Shown here piece by piece: positions 12,945 through 24,727 of a stretch of DNA of 64,000 bases. The DNA comes from Thalia democratica (Eukaryota): contig OZ241834.1 of NCBI GenBank assembly GCA_965202585.1, positions 24,180,001 through 24,244,000 of the forward strand, given 5' to 3'. The notes below the pieces were generated by a model, which had not been told where the DNA came from, made no database searches, and saw only the letters and a list, made by a program, of their open reading frames with translations. The position numbers and the translations under genes were made by a program. Position 1 is the first letter of the stretch. Every line of letters starts with the position of its first letter.

Positions 12945-14030
12945 CAGGGCTGTCACAAAATCAGGAAAAGTCCTGAAAAAACATAGGTTTATAAAAATAA
13001 AGTCAGGAAATTTTACAAAATTTGAAAAAAGTCAAATTTTGTCAGTTAAAACTTACAAAATTCCTTATTTTCCAAAGCCTTTTAATGGTAAAAATTTCAC
13101 TAAATATCCTTTAAAGCCAGATTGAAATCACATAATTTTTCCAAAAATTTACAAAATTACTTAATTCACAATGCCTTTATTTGTTAAAAACTAATAAAAT
13201 ACCCTATATAAAACTGCAAAAAAAAATTCTAAAAGTATAATGAACAGCTACCCTACTTGAAAATGCTTTTTGTATGCTTTTTAGTGTTGATGATCTGTGG
13301 CAAAGCAACTTACATAGTCAAACTGTGGTATAGACACAAAAGTTTATCTTGTAGAATTTTAGAATCAAAGTGTTTTTTGTTAAAGTAAATAATTAAGTTC
13401 TTTGTTATTTAGCAGTAAGTTTAGTACTTTATTTTTATGTAAAAGAATGTTATGTTTGTTTTATGTGTGTACTTAACCTTTTTATAATTTTTCAAAGCTG
13501 TTTAAATTTGAAAAATTATAAAGAGGTATACGCCATGGTTATATTTACTTATTTGTAATTTTTTGTAGAATAACTTAACCTTTTAAAATAAACAAGAATA
13601 GATTTATTTGTTCTAAATGTTATACTAAATGATAACAGAAAATTTTTGTATAACAGTTATAAAGTTTACTTTTTTATGTATTTTTTAATAGTTAATTCAA
13701 GTTGTAATAGGTAATATAATACTAAATTAAGTGAACAATTTATAAAAGCATTACATATTTTAGATAAACATTTTTTATTATTAGATATTATTACCTTCTA
13801 GGTTGTTTTACAACCTTTATTTTAAGTCTGACTATAACATGCTGATAGAGCTGTTATTAAAAATACAACAATCATACACAGATGGTTTAAGTGATGTGGT
13901 AAAAGTTAGATGATTGAATTCAGCAAAAAAACTGCTGTTTTATCCTGTATAAAAATAAGATTAAAAGTTGTAGATAGTTTCAAGTTTTTGATTATGTATT
14001 TTAGAATAATTTTAAATTAAGAGCTTCATT
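12945..14030 (+). mobile_element. MITE family A, second long copy (right end truncated)
   Basis: Starts cagggctgtcac; colinear with 10314-10667 plus 10981-11760 over ~1.1 kb. Confidence 0.75.
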
Positions 14031-14975
14031 CAAAAAATGAGCATTAACTTAGCTCGACTAGCATTTTTTGCAATTTTAAATATGTCAAAACTTTAGATCA
14101 ACAACTAACTAAGATTTTTTTTTATTCTAGAGAACGCTTATTTGCCTTCAATTTAAAAAAAATCCATTAGATTTGGGTTTGTATTTTTGAGTGGGGCCCC
14201 TTAAAAGAGAATGTTTTTATTTTTTGGAGTTTATACTCTAACGGCTGTTTTAAACAAAAACATATTTTTATTTATTCTTAATTCTTCTCAAGGGTCATTG
14301 TTTTTTTTCTTCCAAATTTCTAATATCATAGTAGTATATACAAATATTCCGTATTGTAAACTTCAAAGATCTTCAATTTTCTAACGGTCACTGTAGCAAA
14401 AATGAAAAAAAAAAAGTAGCTTATTTTAATACACTTAATTATGACTATTTTAAATGGTCCACGCTTTTTTTATCTAAACTCTTTTTATGTCAGACAAGAC
14501 CCATGCACGTTTTACTAAAATTATCAATATTTGAACATGAATTTCCTTATAGTTTTTTAAGGGATTTCATGTTCAAACAATGATAATTTTCATTGAACTA
14601 CAAAAGTGAAAGAATAGCTTCAAATTCAAACAAATGAAAATTACCAATTTTTGATTTTCTTTTTTTATTATACTAAAAAAATTTTAACTTTAAATAAAAA
14701 TGATGATCAAAAGATATTTTAAGACTTTAAAACAAAATGTCATTAAATTTTTTATTTTGTTAAAGAAATTATTCTATAAAGGTAAGGATATAGTCAAAGT
14801 AAACTTCATTTAAAATTTTTCAATCTAAGTTAAAATTCTCGGCTGATAGACTTAAATATTTTACACTGATAATAATTTTAAGGTATTAACAAAAATTTTA
14901 TAATTGTTTATCTTTATTGTTATAAATTGTTATAAACTATTTTCATTATTATGACTTATAAAATTAAAAAAATAC

Positions 14976-17952
14976 ATGAGCAATTCAAGTTTACAAAATC
15001 AGAAAAGATTGCTTGAACGCAAAAGTTTTGCAAAGAAAAAGAAACTTAAAAAAGTCAACCCAAAACTCCTCAATTCTGTTGCCAATTCTACTTACAATAA
15101 AGATGAAAGTTTTGTCAATTCTTGTATAAAGTCAAGTATAAAAGATAAACATATTTTGAAAGTATACCATGATGTTGCTGTTACAGGTAAAGTTGTAAAA
15201 AGTATAATTATAAACTTAAAATAGAAAATACAAAAAATGAGCATACATATATCATCTTGTATTTTTTTAATATGAAAATCATGATAAAACTTTTGAATCC
15301 TTGCCCACTTTTCAGACAGTAAAACTGTTTTATTGTATAGAACAAAACATGTTTTAAAAGTTCATAAAAACTTTTGAAATAAATAAAAAGAAGTTACAGC
15401 TGTATATAAATAAAGTATTTATAAATAAGGGCAACGCATCATATTGGTATAAACTGTCTTGTATAAAACTATTTCTAATATTTAATTTTTTAATTTAAAC
15501 GTTATATAGTGTCAGAACAAAACGTGCAAAATAGAATGAGGTAATAAAGTTACTCCGCACTTCCATGTGTAGTTATACCGATTATTAAAAAAAGTAGATA
15601 TTGTGTTTTGAAAAAACTCTAAAAAGATGAAAAAGTAGCTTTTCGAAAACTATCTGTTCATAATTTATTTGAAAATTCTGTTAAGTAAAATTATTTACAA
15701 AAATTATATGTTTGAAGTAAAAATGTTTATTTTTTCCTTATGTCTAATACTTCAACAAAGTTTTTGATATTAGTAGGTGTTAAATATACAAAAAAAAGGA
15801 GAATTTTGCACTAAGTGTCACAATTGCACAAACATATTTTTGCTTAGACTCTTTTTCTGTTATTATTTTATTTTTGTTTTATTTATAACTTAACTTTTCT
15901 TAAAATGATGTTTCCTCTAACCCTTGGTTGTAAACCTTTTTCTTATTATTTTTAGTCTTTAAATTATTTATTCCATTTTTATTTTTTCATATAGTTCTTT
16001 ATTAATTTATTATACAATTTTTTTCCTATCACTGTTACCCCTAATTCTTACCTTTGTTGGGTAATTTTAAAAAAATGTTTTTTTTTATTCGTGTTAATTT
16101 TTTCCTTTTATTTTTTTTCATTTCGTGCAAAAATGAACCTATGTGCAAAAGTCACCCTTTGTGCATATTTGACTTATGGGTCCGATTGTAATGTAACGGT
16201 GTTTCCCCTAATATTTGCTGAGTCAGTGAAATAGAATAATTTTTTTTTATAAATTTATACCCTTATCCCTAACCCGCCTTACTCAAACATATCAAAAAAA
16301 AATTTCATGAAATAAATATTTAGTAACTAAAATAAAAACTTGAAGAAAAAAACCTTTATATTTTGCTGAATCAGCATATATTAGGGGAAACACTGTTACA
16401 TTACAACAAGGCTCTTTGACTTTTCGTGCAAAAGTGTTTTCGTTAATATTTGACCCGGCCATTTAGATAAATAAATATATATATATATATGTAAGTATAA
16501 AAACAAAATTTTATTTTAGGAAAAAGACAGTTAAACCAAAGCAACTTTGTTACGTTCATTAAAGCTAACAATATTTTTCTGCATAAAGATTTGGAGAATA
16601 AAAGTTTAAAAAACTTCCACAACATCAAAAATAAGGCTACTGTTGAAAATGCAGCTACTTACTACCAAATAACAGATTGCTTTAAATTTAATAAACTTGC
16701 TAAACCAACTTTATGCTACATTCAACGTTTTTTTGCGTTAGTAAGTAAAGAAAAGAGTTTTATGCTCTTAGATTTCACTCAAATTGCAAAGATAGTTTCT
16801 AGTTCTAAGTTGAATACCCATTCAGAGTTGGAAGTATTGAACGCTGTTGATGATTGGGTGAACTTTGATTTTGACAAAAGAAGCGAATTTGCAGTTAGTC
16901 TTTTATCAAAAGTTCGTCTTGATTTGTTATCAGATCAAGCCATGAATACTCTTTTAAAAACTCTTTTAAAACTGTGATTTGGCTATTAACAAGGTCAATG
17001 ATTGTGTTTTGACACTTAAAGATTGTTTGAAAAACAGAAAGAAAGAAACAAATAATAATAGTTCTTCTTCAATAAGACACTGTAAACAAAACAATTTTGA
17101 TTTAGTAGTTACTGGTGGCTGGAATGAGCTACAGAAAAGACCCAACAAATTGATGCCAGAAACTTCAACGTTGTAAAAAACCTTGACCCATTTATGAGAC
17201 GATCAGAACATAAATCTGTTTATTGTCGAGGAGCAGTTTATGTATTCGGAGGTTTTGATCAAGACGATCAGGTTGAAAAAGTTTTGAGAAATATTGCTTA
17301 AAAAATAAAATGTGGGAAAAAGTTGCTGAAATAAATGATAATTTTTATCAGTTTTGTGCATGTGCTTTCATGGATCAAATTTATATCGTTGGAGGTAAAA
17401 CTGGATATGATGAATATTTAAATACGTGTGTGAAATTTGATACAAAAGATAACAGCTTGAAGGAAGTTGCTAGTATGAGTGAAAACCGAGTGTGTGGGTC
17501 CTGTTCAGTTTTTGAAGGAAGAATTGTTGTTACTGGTGGATTTAACAATGACTTTAATAATGCAGACGAAAGCTTGACCACAGTTGAAGCATATGATCAT
17601 ATAAGTAATGAATGGTCACCAATGCCAAACATGGTTGAAAGAAGATCTTTTCATGCGTCAGTTGCTATGAAAAACAAGTTGTTTGTCATTGGAGTTAAAC
17701 CATGTGAAATTTTTGATTCTAAAAATAAAAAATTTGATTTGTTGAAGCAATTCCCGAGCACATTTAGGTTCAACTTATTACATGTAATCAACACTTTCAC
17801 CATCGGAAGTAAATTAGTAACAATTGGTAACGAATCACCAACAATTTTATATTATGACGTAGAAAAAAAATGTATGGTCTGAAAAAAAGTTTGACGTAAC
17901 AAAAAACAGAAATTGTTTTAGTGGTGCACTTGCACCTAAAATGACGTTATAA
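14976..17952 (+). pseudogene. BACK-kelch (kelch-like) pseudogene, probably two-exon
   Basis: BACK domain (SSSKLNTHSELEVLNAVDDWV...LLSKVRL) at 16591-16977, then kelch repeats (VYVFGG, IYIVGG, IVVTGG, VEAYD...W) to 17952. Four frame switches (~16970, ~17155, ~17285, ~17875). Candidate upstream Lys-rich exon 14976-15186 ends ACA G|GTAAAG, phase-compatible with acceptor TTTAG| at 16519; the exon-1 link is inference. Confidence 0.8.
16186..16406. mobile_element. Small MITE with ~35-bp TIRs, within a family H copy (~15780-16440)
   Basis: ttgtaatgtaacggtgtttcccctaatatttgctga vs reverse complement of tcagcatatattaggggaaacactgttacattacaa (2 mismatches). Confidence 0.8.
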
Positions 17953-19288
17953 TGTAAAGTTTTTTGCTTTATAGAAGTCTTCATCAAATAATTTTTGCTT
18001 GTAGCTCACTTTTGTTGTGTTTAAGACTCGACAAACTAGTTTTTATTACTTTACTTTTCAAAATACAAGCAGCTCAAGTATTTTATACTTCCTAAACTTT
18101 TATAATGATTTAGTTGTGGTTAAAGACTTTTATAAAGCTGGCAACGGTAAATTTAATTTCTAAATTTTGTAAGGTTTAATTATGCATAAAATTTTAACCT
18201 TTTTTATATCCCTAAAACATTTTACTATTGTTTAGGTGTTTTAAAAGTATTGATTTTTAAGATTTTCTAACCACTTTTACATTATTAATGTTCTCTTCAC
18301 TAGATAAATAACATCGCATGCTTCTGGTATGGCAAAAAAGTGTAGTTGTATTGTTGTATATGTGAGTTTATACATTTGTATTGAATATTAATGTTATCTT
18401 TAAAAGTTTATTACAATATAATAAAAATATTCTATTTGAAAAAAATTATGAAGTTTTTTTTTTCTTATGATTAACTGTTTTTTGTTGGTTTCAAGTTTTA
18501 CCTAATTAAAAAAAAAACAGTTTTTACCTAAAATTTCCAAAATTTTACATTAACTTTTTTTTATTATTGTTTAAAGATTTCACAAAAAAAACTATAAATA
18601 ACTTGCTTAAACTCGTAAACTAGCTAGATTTATAAGAAATGGTTACATTTTGTCCTTCTAAAAGTACTTTATCAAATTTTATAAGTTTTTACCATTATAT
18701 AAAAAATTTCATGATTGAGTCTAGCGATCAGGGTTTCACAAAAGAGGTAGTAATAACTAGCGTTACATGCGAACTGAGGACGGTTTTGAAATTCTTTACA
18801 GTTATTTTTTTATTATTATTTTGCCTTATTAATAGTTAGTTATCTTACACTAATGTAAAGTATAAACTAATATTATCTAAAAAGGACATTGTATATATAA
18901 AGTAATTAAATGAATAACTATTAAAAGGTGAAAACTCATTAATGTATGGGATTGTTTTAAGTTTGTGCCAAAAAAGGCAACTAAATAATTAATTTTCAAA
19001 CTTATTGTTTAAAAAATAGTATTTTTCTATAAAAGCTGTTTTTTTAAATTAAAGCAAAAACAAGTACAACTAATTTATACAGTGACTTTATAGGGTTACA
19101 TTTAACCAAGATACACGAGAAAATCAGCTAAAAAAAATTAATATGGTAAGTCAGTCTAAGATTTTTTATTTCATTATCTAACTTGATTTTATGATGTTAC
19201 GGTAATTTTAAAATAATTAAAATTTCGAACTTACTTATTAATTTAAAATATAATGCAATTAAATATGAGATGTCACTCTGTTGATCCA

Positions 19289-19591
19289 TTTGCCGTGATG
19301 TTCCTCCAATGAATATTTGCCGTGATCTCTTAAATTGGAGAAACATCACGGCAAACATTCCGACGAATTACAGACCACTGCGGAACAGATAAAAACAGCG
19401 CAATATTTGAACATCTTTTTAATTGCACATCCTGTCAAAACTCTAACATTGTTCAAAATTTTAAAGTTTTAAACCGATGTAAGAAAAGCTAACTTTACAG
19501 CCTGGAATCAATATTGATTGAGGAAGAGCGACCTAACTTAAATACGCAAGTAGCATTAAATGTTAAAACAAAATTATTAGCAATCTATTAA
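19289..19591 (+). mobile_element. Penelope-like element 3' fragment (GIY-YIG endonuclease C-terminus)
   Basis: 19334-19591 reads IGETSRQTFRRITDHCGTDKNSAIFEHLFNC...KS*LYSLESILIEEERPNLNTQV...*, matching the PLE EN motifs (Y)IGET-x-R...R..(E/D)H and LE...I....P.LN; one in-frame stop. Confidence 0.85.
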
Positions 19592-21092
19592 TAATCATAC
19601 CTTTAGTTTTAATTACTGAAACTCTAATTTTTGTATTTATTTTAATTTATTCATACGTCATAATTTAAAGTTATTTTTTAAGCTATTCACTTAACAAAAA
19701 TTTTTTCAAATTTCATTTAAAATTTATCACTTGACAAAGAAATCTTGTATGATTTTGAAAAGCTTGGGGTAATAAAATATAAAAAACAAAATGAATAACT
19801 TATTTATATAAAGTTGCAAATGGTATATAAATACGTTCAAAAACCTTCCTATAATAGTATTTAAGAAATTACTATTTAAAAAAAAAATTACAAAAAGTAA
19901 TACTATTATAATTTTTTTTTTAATTCTTAAGTTGTTTCTTTTACTTATCTGAAAATTATTAAGATGATAACTAAGATAAGTTGTTTTTAAAAATAAAACT
20001 AAAACCAAATTTGAATACTAATAAAGTATATTTTTTTTACTAAAATTAAAATTCTTAAGTATGTAACGTATTTTTTATACAGCAAAATAAATCTGTTTTA
20101 AAATTTTAAATGTTACGTACAGTAGGTTTACAAAAAATATAATTTTTGTAAAGTTTAAAATGAAAAATAGTTGAATTTTTTTTTTATTTACTAAAATTTT
20201 AAGAATTGATTATAAAAACGTTTTTTGACCTTCTTAATGAGGTTTTGAGAAATCAAACCATACATTTTAATTAACTATTCACGTATTAATAATAAAAAAA
20301 ACGACTAAACTTTATAAAAAGAAATTATGTAAGTATTGACTATAAGGAGACTTTTTATTTAAAATTTAAACAAAAACTGAAATATATAAGTGAATTTTTA
20401 AAACAATTAAATCTGTAATCGAATCAAATTTTCATAGACAGATGTCTGATTAAAACACTTAACAGTTTCCCAAATATTAGTCTTTTTAAAAATGTTAAAA
20501 CTTATATTAAGTATAATCTTCAACTAATGCAAAAAAGATAACATACTTTTATCGTTTGTTAATTTAAAATATTATTTTCTGGTGTAATAAAAGTCATATA
20601 TACCATACACATCACCATGATAGTGAGAAAAACTAGTTAAATTTTCCCACAAGTACTTTTAAATAAACATATTTACACATTCATAAGTTTAACAAAATAG
20701 TTAAGTTAGATACCTTCTTTCACACTCATATCCTAAGTTGTCTCGGTTGTATTAGTACTTGAGTGATAGTAAACAAACTTTAAGTATCAAAACAAATTCA
20801 AAAAAATTTAGTTTGAAAAGATAAAAGTAGCTTTGTTTTGATTGGCCAAAAGAAAAAAAACCCGAATTTTTAATCTACCCGGTTTTATAATGCTAAATGT
20901 TTAAACTCATTTTTGAACAAGTAGTATTTAAAATCAGCAACGCTAAGTAATAAAGTTATAAGAAATTAAATAGTAACATACTTATTAAATATTTAGAACT
21001 ATGTAAAAATAACTAATAAATGTTATAATCCTAAAAACTAATTTAGATATTTAGACTTATTTATAATGTTACATAACGAGTTAAGTAATAAC

Positions 21093-21162
21093 TTCCTCAA
21101 GTTCTAACTTGAGTTCCTTAAGTTCTAACTTGAGTTCCTCAAGTTCTAATTTAGGTTCCTTA
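21093..21162. repeat. 21-bp minisatellite x ~3.3
   Basis: Unit ttcctcaagttctaacttgag; on the - strand it reads as heptads ELKLELE. Confidence 0.85.
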
Positions 21163-22762
21163 ATTTTAATAGTCTTATATGTTGTTTCACGATAATCTTT
21201 GATCACTTATACAAAGGTTTTCCATTTAACAACGACTGAAAAGCCAATCTTACGAACTAAAATACAAAACAATCCAAGATCAATTGTGTTTCTAACTTTG
21301 TTTAAATGATATGGTTCAAAATAATGTCTGGCTCTTAAATCATTGGTCAATGCATAATATTTTTATTTAACTGTTTATTGGAAATGTAACAGTTATTCTA
21401 ACTACCTTAAAAACGCTACGCGTTGGGTAGACGACCTACGCGACATGGCTAATTTTGCTTGAAGAAAACTTGCAAAAACGATTTTTCAAGAAATTACAAC
21501 GCGCTTTTAACATTATTTTGATAGCAGTAAAATGATCTCAAGATTTATTAGAACTTAATTACAACTTTGATTACTTAGTTTTACCTTTCTACTAGGACTC
21601 AGATCTGAGGCAGACAAATAAACCCTACCCTTACTTAGAAAGGCCTGAAACTATCGAAAAAATAAATTTATTGTAACAGTGTTTGTGAAACCTTTAATTA
21701 AATTTACAGTGATCATTAAACGTTTTTTGTGCCTATAGAAGTTCTAAGTGAGGTTAGTTCCTCAACTAAAAGGTGAACAATGGCAAAGTTATCCTAAAAG
21801 CTTTTGTTGAACTGTGTTTTCATTGTTTTAATAACTAGTCTATTGAAGTTTTAGGCAAATTTTGTATGAATGGATTGAGTACTTATATCAGTAGAATTAC
21901 TACGGCTAGAGTTATTAGTTTAGAGCACTTCTAATTGACGCATCAACTTTTGTTTCATAAAAATGATTGGTCCTATTTTTAGTTTGTGGCATTATTTCCA
22001 ATAGTAGTTTAAGATTCAATCTTAGCTATAACTCGTGTCAGCTCAAAACAGGCTAATTAAAAATATTATTGTATAGCAACTTAAATACTTTCATTTAAAT
22101 TATAGTTATTACGACATTGCTTATTTAACCTGTTATAATATTTAGGTTTAATAATCCTATGACCTGAAAGCACAAATTTCATTTTTACATAGTAACGCAG
22201 CAGTGTAGAAAAACCAACACATTGCTGTCAAATTTGATCCCGCAAGCAGTACTTCTAAAAACGTGCTTTAATCATAAAGCTTATAGTCCACCAGGTCAAA
22301 GTAGTTAAACAAACTTAGGAGATAGTATAGAAAAGGCTTTCAAAAAAAGGATTTATACTATTAGTAACAGCACCTGAACAATTCTTCATGATAACAACTT
22401 GTTTTTACTCACATCAGCTGTTGATCCACTTGACTTTTTCTTTGCTAATCTCAAACAGAAGGTTGTAAGGCTACTGAAATCACAAGTAAAAAATCATAGT
22501 TGTCGTGAGACTGGTCAAGTTCCTTTAGTACCGCCTTATAAACCTAAAGCTCAGCTACCTAAAAATTAAGTTTAAAAAAATTTTTGTCATTCTATTCTAC
22601 ATTTAAATCGAAAACAAGCGCAAACATTCACGAAAGTGAACAACAAGATTTAGTTGATCAAGAGATTGAGACAGAAATTAAGTTTTTATAGACTGAAAAA
22701 AAAATTCTACTGAAGAAGTTTAAGTCTTGTTTCGGTGAAACTCAAACAATAAAAAATACACA

Positions 22763-22930
22763 CGTCTTGCCAGGTTTTCAAGAAGGTATCTTTCGGCACC
22801 ACCATCTTCTGCTTATTCTGAAAGGTTATTTTCAGAAGCTGGTAACTTGTACGAACAAAAGCGAAATCGATTGCTTCTAAAAACCAGCGAAAAACTTCAG
22901 TTTCTTTATCACAACTTGAAAAACAAGAAT
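22763..22930 (+). mobile_element. hAT transposase relic (C-terminal dimerisation domain)
   Basis: RLARFSRRYLSAPPSSAYSERLFSEAGNLYEQKRNRLLLKTSEKLQFLYHNL matches the hAT C-terminal motif YLS-x-P-x-SS-x2-SERLFS-x-AG...KRNRL. Upstream 21400-22750 looks like decayed coding sequence but I could not restore a frame. Confidence 0.85.
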
Positions 22931-24319
22931 AAGATTCTTTGTAGCTTAAAGACGTTGATATGTGTGAATGGTATTTACTAAATTACTTACTTTTATATGT
23001 GTAAACAGTTGCTAAAGAAGTTGTTGTTCATCCTATAGTTCGAACTTTTGTAAATAAAAGTACAATATAAAGCTAATCATTAAAAAAATAAATTTCGTTA
23101 CTTATTAAAGCATTGTCACATCAAATTATAAGCAGAATTGATTGCAGCAATTCTACACATAAAATAGTGCCCATAAAATAGTACACATAAAAAGTCCTAC
23201 CGATTGTAACATTTAATTTCTTTTACGTCATACAACATTCAAGTTAAGTCGTATAAGTAGCTTTAAAATTAACATTTAAACTTTAAGGATTTCGTATAGG
23301 TAGATTTTTTTTTAAAGTTTTTTTCCTAGTGTTCAAATAAAATATTTAGACAATAACGTTAGGTTTTTTAACAAAATATTTTTATCAGACAATTTTTACT
23401 ATAGTTCATTTAATTAACTACCTTATAAATAAGTTTGTTTTTTATTTAATCTACATAAAACTTATAACACTTAGGATCCGCCCTGATCTTAAATTAATAC
23501 ATAGATATGGATCCGACCGGATCCTAGTTTGAAAATATGATCCGGATCTATTTTTCAATTTAAGATCACTAATTTAGTTTGTTTTAGATCTGGGTAAATT
23601 TAATCTCACTATGATAGCAACTTTAGATTCTGGTCAGAAGTAAAATAATATAAATCCTAATTGTAACTATGTAGTTAATGAACAGTCCTAAAGATTTTGA
23701 AGGCAAATAATTTTAAATTATTAACTACCTATTTGATATTTATATATGTCTGTAGCGTGAATCCGTATTCAACTTTTTTTATCGCCGCTTGACAACTAAA
23801 TATATATTTTTTAAACTATTAATCTTTTTTTTATGTCTACCTACTTGCTAGATACTCATATAATTTTTCACTACCTTACTTTTTTTTTTGCCTTATGATA
23901 GCAAAAATCGTCTTTTTGCAATATTTCTAATTATTTTCAAACCCAACTATACAGTCAGTTATCCAAAATCGCTTGTATGTATCAATATTTGGCAGTTAAC
24001 AATTAAAAAACAAATCAGTAAAATGATTTGCATTAAGTCTCAAATTAATCATTATCTTTTTCAGAGTAAAATTTAATGTAGTAAGTTTTTTACGAAGGCT
24101 CACATACATTAAGCAGTCGAAATGGCGGTTTCGACATCATAAACAAGGTAATTTGGCTTATCTTCAATAATTTTTATCAGTAAAAATTAGCTTAAAATAA
24201 GATTTGTTCAAGCTGATTAAGTTTAATAAACAGATCTTATTTTAATTAACCTGAGTGGGTGGAAGAAGCCCAAGTTTTTATACAATGAAACATCTAAGTA
24301 AACCCTAACAAAGCAGCAT

Positions 24320-24640
24320 TACAAACTTGTTTCTAGAATAATTGTGAAAGATGTTTTAGGGCCAAACTACTAATGGAATTTCACATTAAAACTTTAAATT
24401 AAAATAGTTGATATTAGTTGATATAGTTGATAAAACTCTGGCGAAAATCACAATGAAAAAACAGCAAGCACAATTGAAACTAAATCAAAAAACAGGAAGT
24501 ATAATTTTTTCACAGTAGAAAATTTTTACAACCTTAAACTGATTTATAAAAAAATTATTAATACTTGGGCAATATGTAAAACTTAATTGAATTCTTTTGA
24601 AACTTGGAAATACATTAAAAGATAATTAGACAAACAATGA
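24320..24640 (+). mobile_element. Heavily decayed Penelope-like endonuclease relic (tentative)
   Basis: Broken motifs YKL(V)..NNCE, GQTT and FETW..I..(T)MN in shifting frames, directly adjacent to a hammerhead ribozyme. Confidence 0.4.
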
Positions 24641-24674
24641 ACTTCACCGCACGACCAACAACAAAAGCATCCGA

Positions 24675-24727
24675 GACAACCTACGACCGATTTCGTCCTT
24701 TTTAGGACTCATCAGGCAGGCATAGTC
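24675..24727 (-). ncRNA. Type I hammerhead ribozyme (minimal, PLE-type)
   Basis: Minus strand: ...cctgc CUGAUGA GUCC-UAAAAA-GGAC GAAA UCG GUC^ gtagg.... All core nucleotides present; stem I CCUGC/GUAGG; 4-bp stem II; short self-complementary stem III (AUCGGU). Predicted cleavage between 24685 and 24684. Confidence 0.88.

Noticed and set aside
22697-22745. CTGAAGA...GAAA as a second hammerhead
   Set aside because: No stem II can form; other CTGATGA hits (~5874, ~12891, ~28823) fail likewise.
20621-23611. Full-length hAT element boundaries around the transposase relic (tagtgaga / tctcacta)
   Set aside because: Only an 8-nt inverted match and flanks give no TSD; likely coincidental.
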